64,000 nt of DNA from an uncultured delta proteobacterium (GCA_963771175.1 CAVYSY010000040.1:1-64000); one strand, 5' to 3'; shown: positions 44,611-56,449, counted from the first letter of the stretch. A program made the numbers and translations. The notes: generated by a model from the letters alone, not told the origin.

Positions 44611-45342
44611 CTAGGCCGCGGTCAGCTTGATGAAGATCTCTTCCAGCGAGACGTTGTCCGCCTTGCCGCCGTGCACGCGCGTCAGCTTGCGGAGGTCGTC
44701 GTGGGCCACCACCCGGCCCTGGTTGAGGATGAGGACCTTCTCGCAGGTCATCGTTACCTCGGGGAGGATGTGGGTGGAGAGGATGACGGTGTGCTTGCCC
44801 GCCAGGCTCTTGATGAGGCCGCGCACCTCGGCGCGTTGGGTGGGATCCAACCCCTCGGTGGGCTCGTCGAGGATGAGCACGGGCGGGGCGCCGAGCAGCG
44901 CCTGGGCGATGCCGACGCGCTGCTTGTAGCCCTTGGACAGGTTCTGGATGACGCGGCCCAGCACGTCGGACAGGCCGGTGAGGCCGGCGACCCGCTCCAC
45001 CTCGGCGCGCACGCTACGTCCGGGCAGCCCCTTGAGCGAGGCCACGAACTTCAGGTAGCCCACGACCGTCATCTCCGGGTACAGCGGCGGCGTCTCGGGC
45101 AGGTAGCCGATGCGCCGTTTGACTTCCAACGGCTGCTCGAAGACGTCGAAGCCCGCCACCCTGGCCGTGCCCTCGGAGGGGGGCAGGAACCCGGTGAGGA
45201 TCTTCATCGTGGTGGACTTGCCCGCTCCATTGGGGCCGAGGAAGCCGAGAATCTGTCCCTCGGCGACCGAGAAGTTCAGGTGATCCACCGCGACCCGTTC
45301 ACGGTATCGCTTGGTGAGGTTCTGGACCTCGATCATCGACAT
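44611..45342 (-). CDS. ABC transporter ATP-binding protein (GldA-like)
   Basis: GPNGAGKST, LSKGYKQRVG and ILDEPT. Confidence 0.93.
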   Translation of the reverse strand: MSMIEVQNLTKRYRERVAVDHLNFSVAEGQILGFLGPNGAGKSTTMKILTGFLPPSEGTARVAGFDVFEQPLEVKRRIGYLPETPPLYPEMTVVGYLKFVASLKGLPGRSVRAEVERVAGLTGLSDVLGRVIQNLSKGYKQRVGIAQALLGAPPVLILDEPTEGLDPTQRAEVRGLIKSLAGKHTVILSTHILPEVTMTCEKVLILNQGRVVAHDDLRKLTRVHGGKADNVSLEEIFIKLTAA

Positions 45343-45550
45343 GGGAAGGCTCCGGGGGGAGGCACTCGAGCAGCGGCCGATATAAAAGCCGATTTCGACC
45401 TGTCAAGGCAGGCAGGCGGGTATCGGAATCCCTGGGGGCGGTGCTGGCGAGCCTTGTGCATGGCGTGCTTTCAGTGTGTCAGGGCGGACACGCCCGGCAG
45501 GGTAGCTTGTGCCCCTCGCCGGGCCCTAGGAACAACGCAGCGGGTGCTTT

Positions 45551-46750
45551 ATGCCGATTGTGGTGCAGAAGTACGGCGGCTCATCGGTCGCCGATGTGGA
45601 GAAGATCCGCAAGGTCGCACTCCGAGTGAAGTCGACGCGCGACCGGGGCTACCAGGTGGTGGTGGTGGTGTCGGCGATGGGGGACACCACGGACGAGCTG
45701 CTCGCCCTGGCGAAGAAGGTGTCGCCGGACCCGGCGCGGCGCGAGCTGGACATGCTGCTCACGTGTGGCGAGCGCATCTCGATGGCACTGCTCTCCATGG
45801 CGCTGCAGGAGATGGGGGTGCCGGCCATCAGCTTCACGGGGAGCCAGAGCGGCATCATCACCAACGACGCGCACTCGCAGGCGCGCATCGTGGAGGTGCG
45901 GCCGTACCGCATCCAGGACGAGCTGACGGCGGGCAAGGTGGTCATCGTCGCGGGCTACCAGGGCGTCTCCTACAAGAAGGAGGTGACGACGCTGGGGCGA
46001 GGGGGCTCGGACACGACGGCGGTGGCGCTGGCGGCGGCGCTGAATGCCGAGTCGTGTGAAATCTACTCGGACGTGGACGGGGTGTTCAGCGCGGATCCGC
46101 GGGTGGTGCCGGACGCGCGCAAGCTGGAGGCGCTCTCGTACGACGAGATGCAGGAGCTGGCGAGCGCGGGAGCGAAGGTGCTGAACGCGCAGGCGGTGGA
46201 GTTCGCGAAGGCGAAGGGCATCGTCATCCTGGCGCGCACGTCGCACGGGCAGGGGAGTGGGACGGCGGTGCAGGAGTACGTGGCGCCGGCGGACACGCGG
46301 GTGAAGGGGGTGACGGCGGAGGCGGAGATGGCGGTGCTGTCGGCGGCGGGGGAGACGGTGCGGGTGCCGGAGCTGCTGGAGTTCCTGGACGCGCGAGGGG
46401 TGCGCGGGAGGGCGCTGGCCTTCGATGGGCTGCTGGGGCGCGAGGGGCGGGCCTTCATCGCGGTGCCGCTGCAGGACGTGCACGGGCTGGAGGCGCTGAA
46501 GCGGGACGTGGCGGCGCGCTTCGGGGAGGAGGTGGTGCTGCGGGAGGAGGTGGGGACGGTGACGGCGGTGGGGGCGGGGCTGAACGCGGACTGGAGCTAC
46601 CTGCGGCGGGCGCTGGGCGTGGCGGAGGAGCTGGGGGCGAAGGTGCACGCGGTGCTCACCTCGCCGCTGCAGCTCACGTTGCTGGTGGACAAGACGCACC
46701 TGAAGCCCCTCACGGCCCGGTTGCATCGCGAGTTCCTCGGCGCTGGCTAG
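45551..46750 (+). CDS. lysC: Aspartate kinase
   Basis: [29 protein letters not shown] and [12 protein letters not shown]. Confidence 0.93.
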   Translation: MPIVVQKYGGSSVADVEKIRKVALRVKSTRDRGYQVVVVVSAMGDTTDELLALAKKVSPDPARRELDMLLTCGERISMALLSMALQEMGVPAISFTGSQSGIITNDAHSQARIVEVRPYRIQDELTAGKVVIVAGYQGVSYKKEVTTLGRGGSDTTAVALAAALNAESCEIYSDVDGVFSADPRVVPDARKLEALSYDEMQELASAGAKVLNAQAVEFAKAKGIVILARTSHGQGSGTAVQEYVAPADTRVKGVTAEAEMAVLSAAGETVRVPELLEFLDARGVRGRALAFDGLLGREGRAFIAVPLQDVHGLEALKRDVAARFGEEVVLREEVGTVTAVGAGLNADWSYLRRALGVAEELGAKVHAVLTSPLQLTLLVDKTHLKPLTARLHREFLGAG

Positions 46751-46856
46751 GCCCCTCCAACCCCCATGTGTCCGCGGTCCCACCCGATGTGCGGTGGAGC
46801 ACTTCCCTGGCCGAGTCTCGTGCTTACCCTCGCGGTCCGGGGAGGTGGCGGCAGGA

Positions 46857-49382
46857 ATGGGAAAGGGTGGTCGGGCCATCGGAGTGCAGGTTGCCGTACT
46901 GTGCCTCCTGAGCCTGGGGGGAGGGTGTGAGGATTCCCCACCGGGTGAGGACGGCCCGGATGGGGGCAGGCGTGACAACCCGCCGCTCCAGCGCCCGGAC
47001 GGCGGGCAACCCGACATCGTGGACGGTGGCTCGACGGAGTTCCCGGACGGCGGGACGGCGCCGCCGCACGACTCCCAGGCCATCCGCAAGGAGAACGCGC
47101 GCCCGGGGACGGAGGCGTGGCGCATCACCCGGCGGGCGGCCAACAACAACGAGATTGAGGGCTACGCGCTCGTCTCCACGGTGAAGCGGGGCGAGCGGGT
47201 CCCCATCGCGGTGTCCGTGACGGGAGCGCCGCGCAAGTTCACCTGGGAGGTGTACCGGCTCGGCTACTACGGTGGTACGGGCGGGCGCGAGGTGGCGCGC
47301 GGAGGCCCGTTGCAGGCGGTGCCCCAGGCGCCGTGCCCGCCGCAGCGCCCCACGGGCCTCATCGCCTGCGAGTGGACGCCGACCCTGGAGCTCCAGACGG
47401 ACGCGCGCTGGGTGCGCGGGGTGTACCTGGTGAAGCTGGTGCGCGAGGACGGCTACCAGCACTACGTACCGTTCTTCGTGAGGGATTCGCTGCCGCGCTC
47501 GGAGGTGACGGTGATCATCCCGACCGGCACGTGGGCGGCCTACAACACCTGGGGCGGCACGAGCCTCTACGACGACAAGTTCCGCATCACCGGGAAGGGG
47601 CGCGCCTTCCAGTCCTCGTTCGATCGGCCCTACGTCCGTGGCTACGGCTCGGGGCACCTGCTGGACGACGAGCAGGGGCTCATCATGTGGCTGGAGGCGC
47701 AGGGGCTGGACGTGGCCTACGTGCCCAACGAGGAGCTGGACCGCAGCGGGGACGCGCTGCGCGAGGCGAAGGTGTTCGTGCTCTCCGGGCATGACGAGTA
47801 CTGGTCGCGCACGCTGCGAGACCGGGCGGACAAGGCATTGGCCGAGGGCCGTTCGATCATCAACCTCGGTGCGAACCAGGCCTACTGGCAGGTACGGCTC
47901 GAGCCGGCGAAGGACGGTCGGCCGCGGCGCATCGTCACCTGCTACAAGGGCGACGCGGAGGATCCCGCGGGGCTGAGGAGTCCGGACCGCACGGCGAAGT
48001 TCCGGGACCTGGCCACGCCGCGCCCGGAGAACGCGCTGCTGGGGGTGATGTTCTCCAGCCGGTGGCACCAGTTCGCCTTCCCGACGGTGATCTCCAACGC
48101 GAGCCACTGGGCCTTCGAGGGGACGGGGCTGAGGAACGGGGACTTGCTGTGGCGGGCCAATGGCTACGAGCAGGATCAGGTGGTGGACAACGGCCAGTCT
48201 CCGGCGGGGCTGGAGGTGCTGGCCGAGTCGCCCGCGCTGTCCCTGCAGGGGGCATTTGGCTTCGGGCAGATGGCGGTGTTCCGCAAGGGGAACGCGTGGG
48301 TGTTCTCGGCGGGGGGCGTGGACTTCGTGCACACGCTGGGGACGAGCGAGGTGGCGGATCCGCGCGCGGCGCGGCTGGTGGCCAACGTCCTCTACCGCGC
48401 GCTGGGGAGGCCGGTGCCGAAGGAGCTGGTGGTGCTGCCGACGACGCCGTTGCCGAGGGCGCGAGGCCCGTTCGCGGCCGACGTGCGGACGGTGGCCGGT
48501 CAGCCGAGGAGGCGCGGGGACCAGGACGGTGCATCGGGCGAGGGGCTGCTGGCCGCGCCGGTGGCGGTGGCGGTGCTGCCCGATGGGAGCTGGGCGGTGG
48601 CGGACGCGCTGGCCAACAAGGTGAAGCGGGTGACGCCGGACGGGCGCATCTCGACGCTCTCTCGGGTGCGGCTCAACGGCCCGATGGGGATCGCCGCGGA
48701 CGCATTGGGGAACGTGTACGTGTCCGACTCGGACAACTACTGCATCCGCCGCATCGCGCCGGATGGGACGACGACGGTATTCGCTGGCGCGGTGCTGGAG
48801 CCGGGGCTGGTGGACGGGCCCGCGGCGCAGGCTCGCTTCAACCAGCCGGCGGGGTTGCACATCACGCCCCAGGGCGAGCTGCTGGTGGCGGACCTGGGCA
48901 ACGGCATCATCCGGCGCATCGACCTGCTGACTCCGGACAACCCGGTGACGACGCTGCCGTCGAACCAGTGGCTGTACCGACCCTCGGCGGTGGCGGCGGC
49001 GCCGGACGGGACGGTGTACATCGTGGAGACGGGGATGTCGCGCGTGGTGGCGCTGCGCAACGGCACGGTGAGCGTGGTGGCCGGAGCGCCGCCGGGCGGC
49101 TTCGCGGACGGGGCGCCGGAGAGTGCGCGGATGCTGCCGTACCTGGGCATCGCGGTGCTGCCGGACGGGAGCGTGGCGGTGTCGGATCCGGGCAACTACC
49201 GGGTGCGGCGCATCTCGTCGCGGGGGGTGTCCACGCTGGCGGGCTCGGGCCGCTTCGGGGCGCACAATGGGCCAGGGGACGATGCGGAGCTCGTGCTGCC
49301 AGCGGGTCTCGCGGTGGGCCCGGACGGGACGCTGTACGTGGCGGACTCGGGCAACGCGCTGATTCGCGCCATCGTGCCGTGA
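46857..49382 (+). CDS. Lipoprotein with an N,N-dimethylformamidase-beta-like domain and NHL repeats
   Basis: Lipobox LGGGC; EN.RPG, TWAAYNTWGG.SLY, SFDRPY and GHDEYWS; C-terminal NHL units (P.GIA.D..GNVYVSD). Confidence 0.8.
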   Translation: MGKGGRAIGVQVAVLCLLSLGGGCEDSPPGEDGPDGGRRDNPPLQRPDGGQPDIVDGGSTEFPDGGTAPPHDSQAIRKENARPGTEAWRITRRAANNNEIEGYALVSTVKRGERVPIAVSVTGAPRKFTWEVYRLGYYGGTGGREVARGGPLQAVPQAPCPPQRPTGLIACEWTPTLELQTDARWVRGVYLVKLVREDGYQHYVPFFVRDSLPRSEVTVIIPTGTWAAYNTWGGTSLYDDKFRITGKGRAFQSSFDRPYVRGYGSGHLLDDEQGLIMWLEAQGLDVAYVPNEELDRSGDALREAKVFVLSGHDEYWSRTLRDRADKALAEGRSIINLGANQAYWQVRLEPAKDGRPRRIVTCYKGDAEDPAGLRSPDRTAKFRDLATPRPENALLGVMFSSRWHQFAFPTVISNASHWAFEGTGLRNGDLLWRANGYEQDQVVDNGQSPAGLEVLAESPALSLQGAFGFGQMAVFRKGNAWVFSAGGVDFVHTLGTSEVADPRAARLVANVLYRALGRPVPKELVVLPTTPLPRARGPFAADVRTVAGQPRRRGDQDGASGEGLLAAPVAVAVLPDGSWAVADALANKVKRVTPDGRISTLSRVRLNGPMGIAADALGNVYVSDSDNYCIRRIAPDGTTTVFAGAVLEPGLVDGPAAQARFNQPAGLHITPQGELLVADLGNGIIRRIDLLTPDNPVTTLPSNQWLYRPSAVAAAPDGTVYIVETGMSRVVALRNGTVSVVAGAPPGGFADGAPESARMLPYLGIAVLPDGSVAVSDPGNYRVRRISSRGVSTLAGSGRFGAHNGPGDDAELVLPAGLAVGPDGTLYVADSGNALIRAIVP

Positions 49383-49435
49383 GCTGAGCCAGTCAGCCCG
49401 GCCGCGGATTCACCAGAGTGTTCCACGCCTGAAGG

Positions 49436-50386
49436 TCAGCGCCCCAGGCCGCGCGTCCCGCCCGGTGGCGGACCCTGCCGGGGCTCCAACTCCTGCCGCA
49501 TGCGCCGCTGATCCGGCGTCGTCTCCTTGGGGAATTCCACGAAGTTGCACATCTCGCACAGACGGCTGTAGATGCGCTCGCCCACGCGCTCGCGCAGCAG
49601 CTCCACCTCGCGCGCGGCGTTCTTCGCGTCCTCCGTGGTGCGGTAGCCGCTCGGAGCGGCGGTGCGCGCGCCCCGGCGCTCCGGCTCCAGCGAGTAGTTC
49701 GTCGCGAAGAGCGTCGTGCGCGCCGCGTTGTAGCGCCGGGCGATCAGCTCATCGAGCGTCTCCATCTCGAACTGGCTGCCGCGCCCCTTGCCCAGCTCGT
49801 CGATGGCCAGGACCTCGACCTCCGACAGCGGGCCGATGATCTCCCCGCCGCTCTTGCCCTCCTGGAAGCCGCGCCGGATGGTGGCGTAGAGCAGGGAGAT
49901 CTCCACGTACCGGGCCTCCAGCCCCACCTCGAGCACCAGGTGCTTGAGCGTGGCCGTCAGCAGGTGCGTCTTCCCCGTGCCCACCGGGCCGCTCAGGATG
50001 AAGCCCTTGTTCACCCCGGCCTTGTCGTAGTGGTGGGCGAAGTGCATCGCCAGGCCGCGTGCCCGATCCTGCGCCTCGTTGAAGGCCCGGTAGTTCTCGA
50101 AGGAGGTGTGCGCCATCACTCCGGGCAGCCCCACCTCGTTGAAGTGCTCGATCCGCTTCGCCCGCCGCTGGCACACGCAGGGCACGAGCACATCGTAGCG
50201 CTTGGGGCCCACCTTCGCGCTGAAGGTCTCCTCGCGCGTCTCGTAGGCGTACCCGCGCCCGTCACACAGGGTGCACCGGGCCGAGCACGTGCACACCCGC
50301 GCGTGCGCCCGATCTCCACGCCGCTCGATGAGGTACGTCCGCCCCCCACACTCGCCACACACCTCGCCGCTCGCCTTCGTGACCAT
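49436..50386 (-). CDS. DnaC/IstB-like AAA+ ATPase with N-terminal Zn-binding cysteines
   Basis: CGEC, CTC, CTLC, CVC; GPVGTGKT, AIDELG, FATNY and RIYSRL. Confidence 0.88.
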   Translation of the reverse strand: MVTKASGEVCGECGGRTYLIERRGDRAHARVCTCSARCTLCDGRGYAYETREETFSAKVGPKRYDVLVPCVCQRRAKRIEHFNEVGLPGVMAHTSFENYRAFNEAQDRARGLAMHFAHHYDKAGVNKGFILSGPVGTGKTHLLTATLKHLVLEVGLEARYVEISLLYATIRRGFQEGKSGGEIIGPLSEVEVLAIDELGKGRGSQFEMETLDELIARRYNAARTTLFATNYSLEPERRGARTAAPSGYRTTEDAKNAAREVELLRERVGERIYSRLCEMCNFVEFPKETTPDQRRMRQELEPRQGPPPGGTRGLGR

Positions 50387-50456
50387 GTCCGAGGGCCATA
50401 GCAGAGCCCCCTGACCCTCGTCAGCCTGCTACACGGGCGTTCAGATACTCTTCCCT

Positions 50457-51107
50457 CTAGGAATCCATCAGCCCCAGCCGGCGACGCACCGCCGCCAGCA
50501 GCCGGAAGCGCCGGGACAGCCGCCGCGCGCGCAGGGACATGTACTGCTGGTCCGGGTCCTCTCCCCGCGCCGTGCGCCACAACTCCCGCCGCTCGGGGAA
50601 GGGCAGGGCGCGCAGCAGCAACAGTCCCACCAGCGCCTGCTTCGTCTCCATCCCCGCGAAGTCCGCGGGCACCTCGTGCAGCACCGCCTCCATCAGCAGC
50701 CCGATGCGCGGGGCCAGTGTCGGCTCCACCTCGGCCAGCCGCTCCAACGAGGCCTTCAGCTGCGCGTGCCGCGTCTCCTCCCAGGTGCGCGTCCGGGCCA
50801 CCCGCCTGCCGCCCTCGCTGCCCGCGCCCGCCGAGCGCTCCTGGTACTTCTTGATCTCCGCCTCCACCTGCCTGCGGCACGCCCGGAGGCTGCGCAGCAC
50901 CGGCTCACCGGGTCGCGCGTCCCACAGCGCCTTCTCCGCCGAGCGGGCAATCCCCCGCGCCACCACCTCGAAGGGAACCCCCTGCTCGGCCCAGGACGTC
51001 AAAAGCTCCGTGTCGAGCGCGGACAGCATCAGTCCGCTCCCGCGCATCGCGAGGAAGTAGTCCTGCACCAGCTCGGCGAAGCTGGCGCTCTCGGGCAGGA
51101 GGCTCAT
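50457..51107 (-). CDS. Hypothetical protein with a DnaD/DnaB_2-like N-terminal domain
   Basis: LSALDTELLTSWAEQGVPFEVVARGI...RSL resembles the DnaD-domain pattern; co-oriented upstream of the ATPase. Confidence 0.6.
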   Translation of the reverse strand: MSLLPESASFAELVQDYFLAMRGSGLMLSALDTELLTSWAEQGVPFEVVARGIARSAEKALWDARPGEPVLRSLRACRRQVEAEIKKYQERSAGAGSEGGRRVARTRTWEETRHAQLKASLERLAEVEPTLAPRIGLLMEAVLHEVPADFAGMETKQALVGLLLLRALPFPERRELWRTARGEDPDQQYMSLRARRLSRRFRLLAAVRRRLGLMDS

Positions 51108-51387
51108 GTCTTGCTACATCTCCCAGGTGGGTGACCGGACGGCCGGGCGCAAGGTCTCCCCTTACCAGCAGGCACTGACATCGCAACCCGCAAGACGCTT
51201 TTCTCACAGCCCACCTGAAAACTTTCCGGCTGGGTCCTAGCAGGCCGGCATGCCCCCAAGGGCTTGTTGACCGCCCACAACGCACCGCGCATAGTGCGCA
51301 GCCTTCCAGATGGAAATTCCCGAAGAGTCCCGGACACTTGCCGAGCAGGCAAGGCTCCCGGCCGGCCGAATCCAGCAGAGGAAACCC

Positions 51388-54300
51388 ATGCGCCGTACGC
51401 TCCTCCTCAGCCTCCTGCTCCTGGCCTCCGTGGCCAACGCGCAGGACAAGAAAGCGCCGCGCGACGCCAACCTCGGCAAGAAGAGCTCCACTGCCGTGGT
51501 GGACAAGTCGCTCGCTGGCGACATCAGCCGCAAGAAGGAGAAGCAGGAGACCGCTCCCGCGCTCCAGTACGACCAGTTCCGGTTGGGCGTGGAGGGGCAG
51601 GTCGCCTCCAAGCGCCGCGAGCAGATCGAGTCGCTCAAGAAGATCATCTCCCTGTCCGCGGATCCGAAGGAGCAGCCCTCGCTCCTCTTCCGCCTGGGCG
51701 AGCTGTACTGGGAGGAGTCGAAGTTCTACTTCTTCGAGGCGAACCGGAAGGACGACGAGCTCATCGAGGCGATGAACCGCGGTGACGCGGCCGGCCAGAA
51801 CCGCGCCAAGGCGGGCAAGGCCGAGCTGCTCACGCGCCAGAAGCAGTACGGCAAGCTCGCCCTCGAGCAGTACACGAAGATCGTCCAGGGTTACCCGGAC
51901 TTCGAGCGCACGGACGAGGTGCTCTTCTTCCTCGGCACGTACCTGATGGAGGACGGCCAGGACCGCAAGGCGCTGGTGGCCTTCAAGCGGCTGGTGGAGA
52001 AGCACCCCAAGTCCAAGTACATCCCCGACGCCTACCTGGCCTTCGGCGAGTACTTCTTCAACAGCTCCAAGGGCAAGCGCGCGGACCTGGAGAAGGCGCT
52101 CGCCGCCTACAAGAAGGCCGCCGAGTTCCCCGAGAGCCAGGTGTACGCCTTCGCCCTCTACAAGCAGGGCTGGTGCTACTTCAACCTCGCCGACTACCCG
52201 AACGCCAAGGACAAGTGGAAGTCGGTGGTGCTCTACGGCGAGCTGGCCGGCGCGAATGCCGTGGAGAAGGACGGCAAGGCCAACAAGAAGGGCAGCTCGC
52301 TGGTGCGCGAGGCGCGCACCGACTACGTCCGTGCCTACGCTCGCGAGGGCGACGTGATGCTCGCCCGCGAGGACTTCTCCAAGGTCGCCACCAACCCGGA
52401 TGATCGCTTCGCGATGATGCGGACCCTGGCGAACCTGTACTACGACGATGGCAAGGACCGCGAGGCGGCCATCACCTACAACGCGCTCATCAAGGAGAAG
52501 CCGCTGTCGCCCGAGGCCCCGGGCTTCCAGGGCCGCATCGTCGACTTCGTCCTCCGCATGGGCAACAAGGAGCGCACCGTCACGCAGGTGCGCCGGCTCG
52601 TGAAGATCATGAAGGAGGTCGAGGCCTCCGGCGTCGTCAAGGAGGACAAGGACAAGAAGGCGCTCGCGGAGGCGAAGGAGCTGGCCGAGCGCACCCTGTC
52701 CAACCTGGCCGTCACCTGGCACAACGAGGCGAAGAAGACGCGCGACGAGGACACGTTCGCCTACGCCGACATGATCTACTCGGACTACCTCACGCTCTTC
52801 CCCGAGAACCCCAAGGCGTACGACCTGCGCTTCTTCTGGGCCGAGCTGCTCAACGACAACCTGCAGAAGTTCGACAAGGCCGCCGCCAACTACACGCTGG
52901 TGGTGCTGCAGGACGTGAAGCTGCTCGAGGCCAAGGACGAGAAGGGCAACCCCAAGCCGGGCAAGCCGGGCAAGTGGCTCAACAACGCCGCGTACAACGC
53001 CGTGCTCGCCTATGACGAGATGGTGAAGGAAGCCGAGGCCAAGGGCGCCTTCAAGGACGACGTCAGCAAGGACATCCGCAAGAAGTTCGCCATCCCCCAG
53101 GCCAAGAAGGAGCTGCTGGAGGCCTGCGAGCGCTACCTCAAGTACCTGCCCAAGGGCGACAAGCGGGTGGAGATCGCCTTCAAGGCGGCCAACATCTACT
53201 ACCGCCACAACCACTTCGACGAGGCGGTGCTGCGCTTCAGCGACATCGCCCTCGGCTCCCCGGACTACAAGTTCGAGACCGGCGAGCGCGCGGGTGAGAT
53301 CGCCGCCAACCTGATCCTCGACTCGTACAACCTGCTCGAGGACTGGTCGAAGGTGAACGAGTGGGCGCGGCGCTTCTACAACAACGAGAAGCTCGCCACC
53401 GGCAAGTTCCGCGATGAGCTCTCCAAGGTCATCGAGCAGTCGGCCTTCAAGCTGGTGAACCAGCTCGAGGCGAAGAACGAGTTCGCCAAGGCGGCCGATG
53501 CCTACCTGTCCTTCGTGGCGGACTTCCCGCAGACGGAGATCGCCGACGTGGCGCTCTTCAACGCCTCGGTGGACTACTACAAGGCGAAGATGCTGGATAA
53601 GGCCATCCAGGTCCGCCAGCGCATCATCGAGCAGTACCCCTCGTCGCGCTTCGTGCCCGAGTGCATCTACAACAACGCGGAGGCGCTGGAGGCCATCGGT
53701 GACTTCGCCGAGTCCGCGGACGTGTACGAGCAGTACGTGCGCGGCTACGAGGCCAGCCTGTCGGGTGGCAAGGGGTTCGTCGCCAAGAAGGCGCCCGCGC
53801 GCGGTGGCAAGAAGGGCAAGGGCAAGGCCGCTCCGGTGGTGTCCGACAAGCCGGGCCAGCCGCAGAAGTGGGAGGAGTCCAAGGCGCAGGTGGCGCTCTT
53901 CAACGCGGCCACCTACCGCGAGGGTCTCGCCCAGTTCAAGCAGGCGCTGACCCTGCGCGAGCACTACCTGCAGCTCTGGCCCAAGGCGAAGGACGCCGAG
54001 GACATCCTCCTGTCCATCATCAGCCTGTACGAGAAGATGGGGAACTACTTCAAGGCCATCGCCCAGCTCGAGGAGTACGAGCGCCTCTACATGCGCAGCC
54101 CGAGCAAGTTCCTCATGGCCGAGGGTCGCATCGTCGACATCTACGAGAACAAGGTGCGCCGCGCGAAGGACACCGAGCGCCTCTACAACCGCATCCTCGA
54201 CTACTACGAGAAGCTGCCGCGCCGTCTGCAGCAGTCGCTGGAGAAGCCGGCGCTGGAGGCCGTGGGCCGTGCCCAGTACCGCAGCGTGGAGCCGGACTTC

Positions 54301-54988
54301 CAGTTCTACGCGCGGCTGAAGCTCTCCTGGGGCCGTCCGCCCAGCCCGGACAAGCTCAAGGCCTCCATCAAGGAGAAGAGCGACTCTCGCGCGGTGGTGG
54401 AGAAGAAGTACGTGCAGACGGTGCAGATCGGCGCGGCCGAGCCCGCCATCTGCGCCCTCAACCGCATCGGCCTCATCTACGACAACTTCGCCGACAAGAT
54501 CATCAACGCTCCCATGCCCCCGGGCATCGACGAGGAGACGGGAGATGGCCCTGCGCGACGAGTTCAACAACCAGGCCCAGCCCCTCAAGGACAGCGCCGC
54601 CGAGGCTTTCACCAACGCGGTGGCCAAGAGCCGCGAGCTGGACGTCTACACCGCCTGCTCGTCCGAGAGCTTGAAGATGCTGCGCGACACCTACCGCCCG
54701 GACCAGTTCCCGACGATGGTCGAGGAGAAGGTGGCTCTCTCCAAGGGCCGCGATCTGGCCCTCGGTGGGGATCTGCTCACCGCCATCCAGGGCGTGCCGC
54801 CGCCCGTCGTCGAGGCGGACGCGGACGACCAGGGCAAGACCCAGGAGGCGGCCGAGGACGTGTCGGACCTCGCCAAGCGCCTCCAGCAGCAGACGGCCAC
54901 CCAGGTCGACGGCCCGAGCGCGCCCACCAAGGAGGGCACGCCCAAGAAGGCCGGGACGGATGACCAGGAGCCGGAGGACTTCCTCTAA
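51388..54988 (+). CDS. gltD: Gliding motility TPR protein GltD/AgmU (indel near 54543)
   Basis: About 1200-aa secreted TPR protein heading the glt cluster; the C-terminus continues in the 54545..54988 frame. Confidence 0.85.
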
Positions 54989-56449
54989 TGAATCGCACCC
55001 CCATGACGCGCACACTCCTCCTGGCCGCGCTCGCGGCGCTGTTCGCCGCGGGCTGCACGGGCTCCAAGGCCACCGGCCCGACCGGTACTGGCACCACCAC
55101 GGGTGGGAAGACCGGCACGGGCAAGGCGAACGAGCCGCCGCCCATCTCCAACCGCGCCAAGCTCCTCTTCGAGGACGCGCTCGGTGCCTTCGAGGCCCAG
55201 AAGAAGGCCGGTGCCTTCGACTACCCGTCGCTCGAGCGCAAGTTCAAGGCCGCGCTGGACGCGGACCAGGACCTGGCCGAGGCCGAGTACAACCTGGGCG
55301 TCATCGCCGAGCGCCAGGGCAACTCGCAGGAGGCCGTCGCCCGCTACCAGGCAGCCCTCAAGAAGAAGCCCACGCTGCGTCAGGCCTCGGAGAACCTGGC
55401 GGTGATGGCGCAGAACGCGGGCGACATCGCCGGCGCGGTGTCCATCTACCAGGGCATCCTCAAGATGTACCCGGACGACGCCAACAGCCGCGCCCGCCTG
55501 GCGGAGATCTACCGGCAGACCGGGGACCACGATAAGGCCATGGAGTTCTCGCGCGCCGCCCTCATGCGCGAGCCCCAGTCCGTCACCGCCTACAAGGTGA
55601 TGATGCGCAGCTACCTGGAGCGCAAGCAGCTCGCCATGGCCAAGCTGGTGGCGCTGCGCGCGCTGAAGATCGACCAGAAGGATCCCGAGCTGCACCACAC
55701 CATCGGCCTGATCCTCCTGCAGGAGGAGAAGAAGGACGAGGCGCGCAGCGAGTTCAAGCTCGCCATCGAGGTCCGCGCCGACTACGTGCCCGCGCACGTG
55801 ATGATGGCCCAGCTCTCGCTCGAGGCGGAGGACTACCCCGCCGCCGAGGAGCACCTGCGCCGCATCCTCCAGGCCGACAGCAAGAACGCCGCCGCGCACC
55901 TCAACCTCGGTCTCGCCTACAAGGGCCAGGGTCAGCTCGACAAGGCCATGCAGGAGTACGACGAGGCGGAGAAGCTGGATCCGAAGATGGCCGCCGTCTT
56001 CTTCAACCGCGGCGTCCTGCTGCACCGCAACAAGGGCGCTCCGGAGCGGGCCATCGAGCTGTACCGCAAGTACATCGCCCTGTCCGGGGGCGAGGTGGCC
56101 CTCAACGCCGAGCACCCCATCTTCGGGCTGCTGCGCGAGGCGGAGTCCATCGTCCAGGCCCAGCGCGAGGCCGTCGCCGCCGAGGAGCAGGCCAAGAAGC
56201 TGGAGGAGCTCCAGAAGGCAGCAGCAGGAGCTCATGAAGGCCGAGGAGGGCAAGCAGGGCACCGTGCCCGCCGCGGGCACCGACACCCCGGCCGCGACCC
56301 AGCCCGCCGGTGGCGCCCAGCCCGCCGGTGGCGCTCAGCCCGCCGCCAACCCGCCCGCCGAGGCCCAGCCGCAGCAGCCGGCCGCCGCGCCTCAGCAGAA
56401 GAATCCAGCCAAGGCGGATCCGGCCGAGCCGTCTGACGACATCTTCTGA
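54988..56449 (+). CDS. gltE: Gliding motility TPR lipoprotein GltE/AglT (indel near 56225)
   Basis: Lipobox FAAGC, TPRs, Pro/Ala/Gln tail ending DDIF; synteny with the glt cluster. Confidence 0.85.

Noticed and set aside
49383..49435. Replication terminus or dif site at the skew switch
   Set aside because: No XerC/XerD-like dif sequence, and the skew change is only local.
49436..50386. IS21 element (istB)
   Set aside because: No adjacent IstA DDE transposase and no terminal repeats seen.
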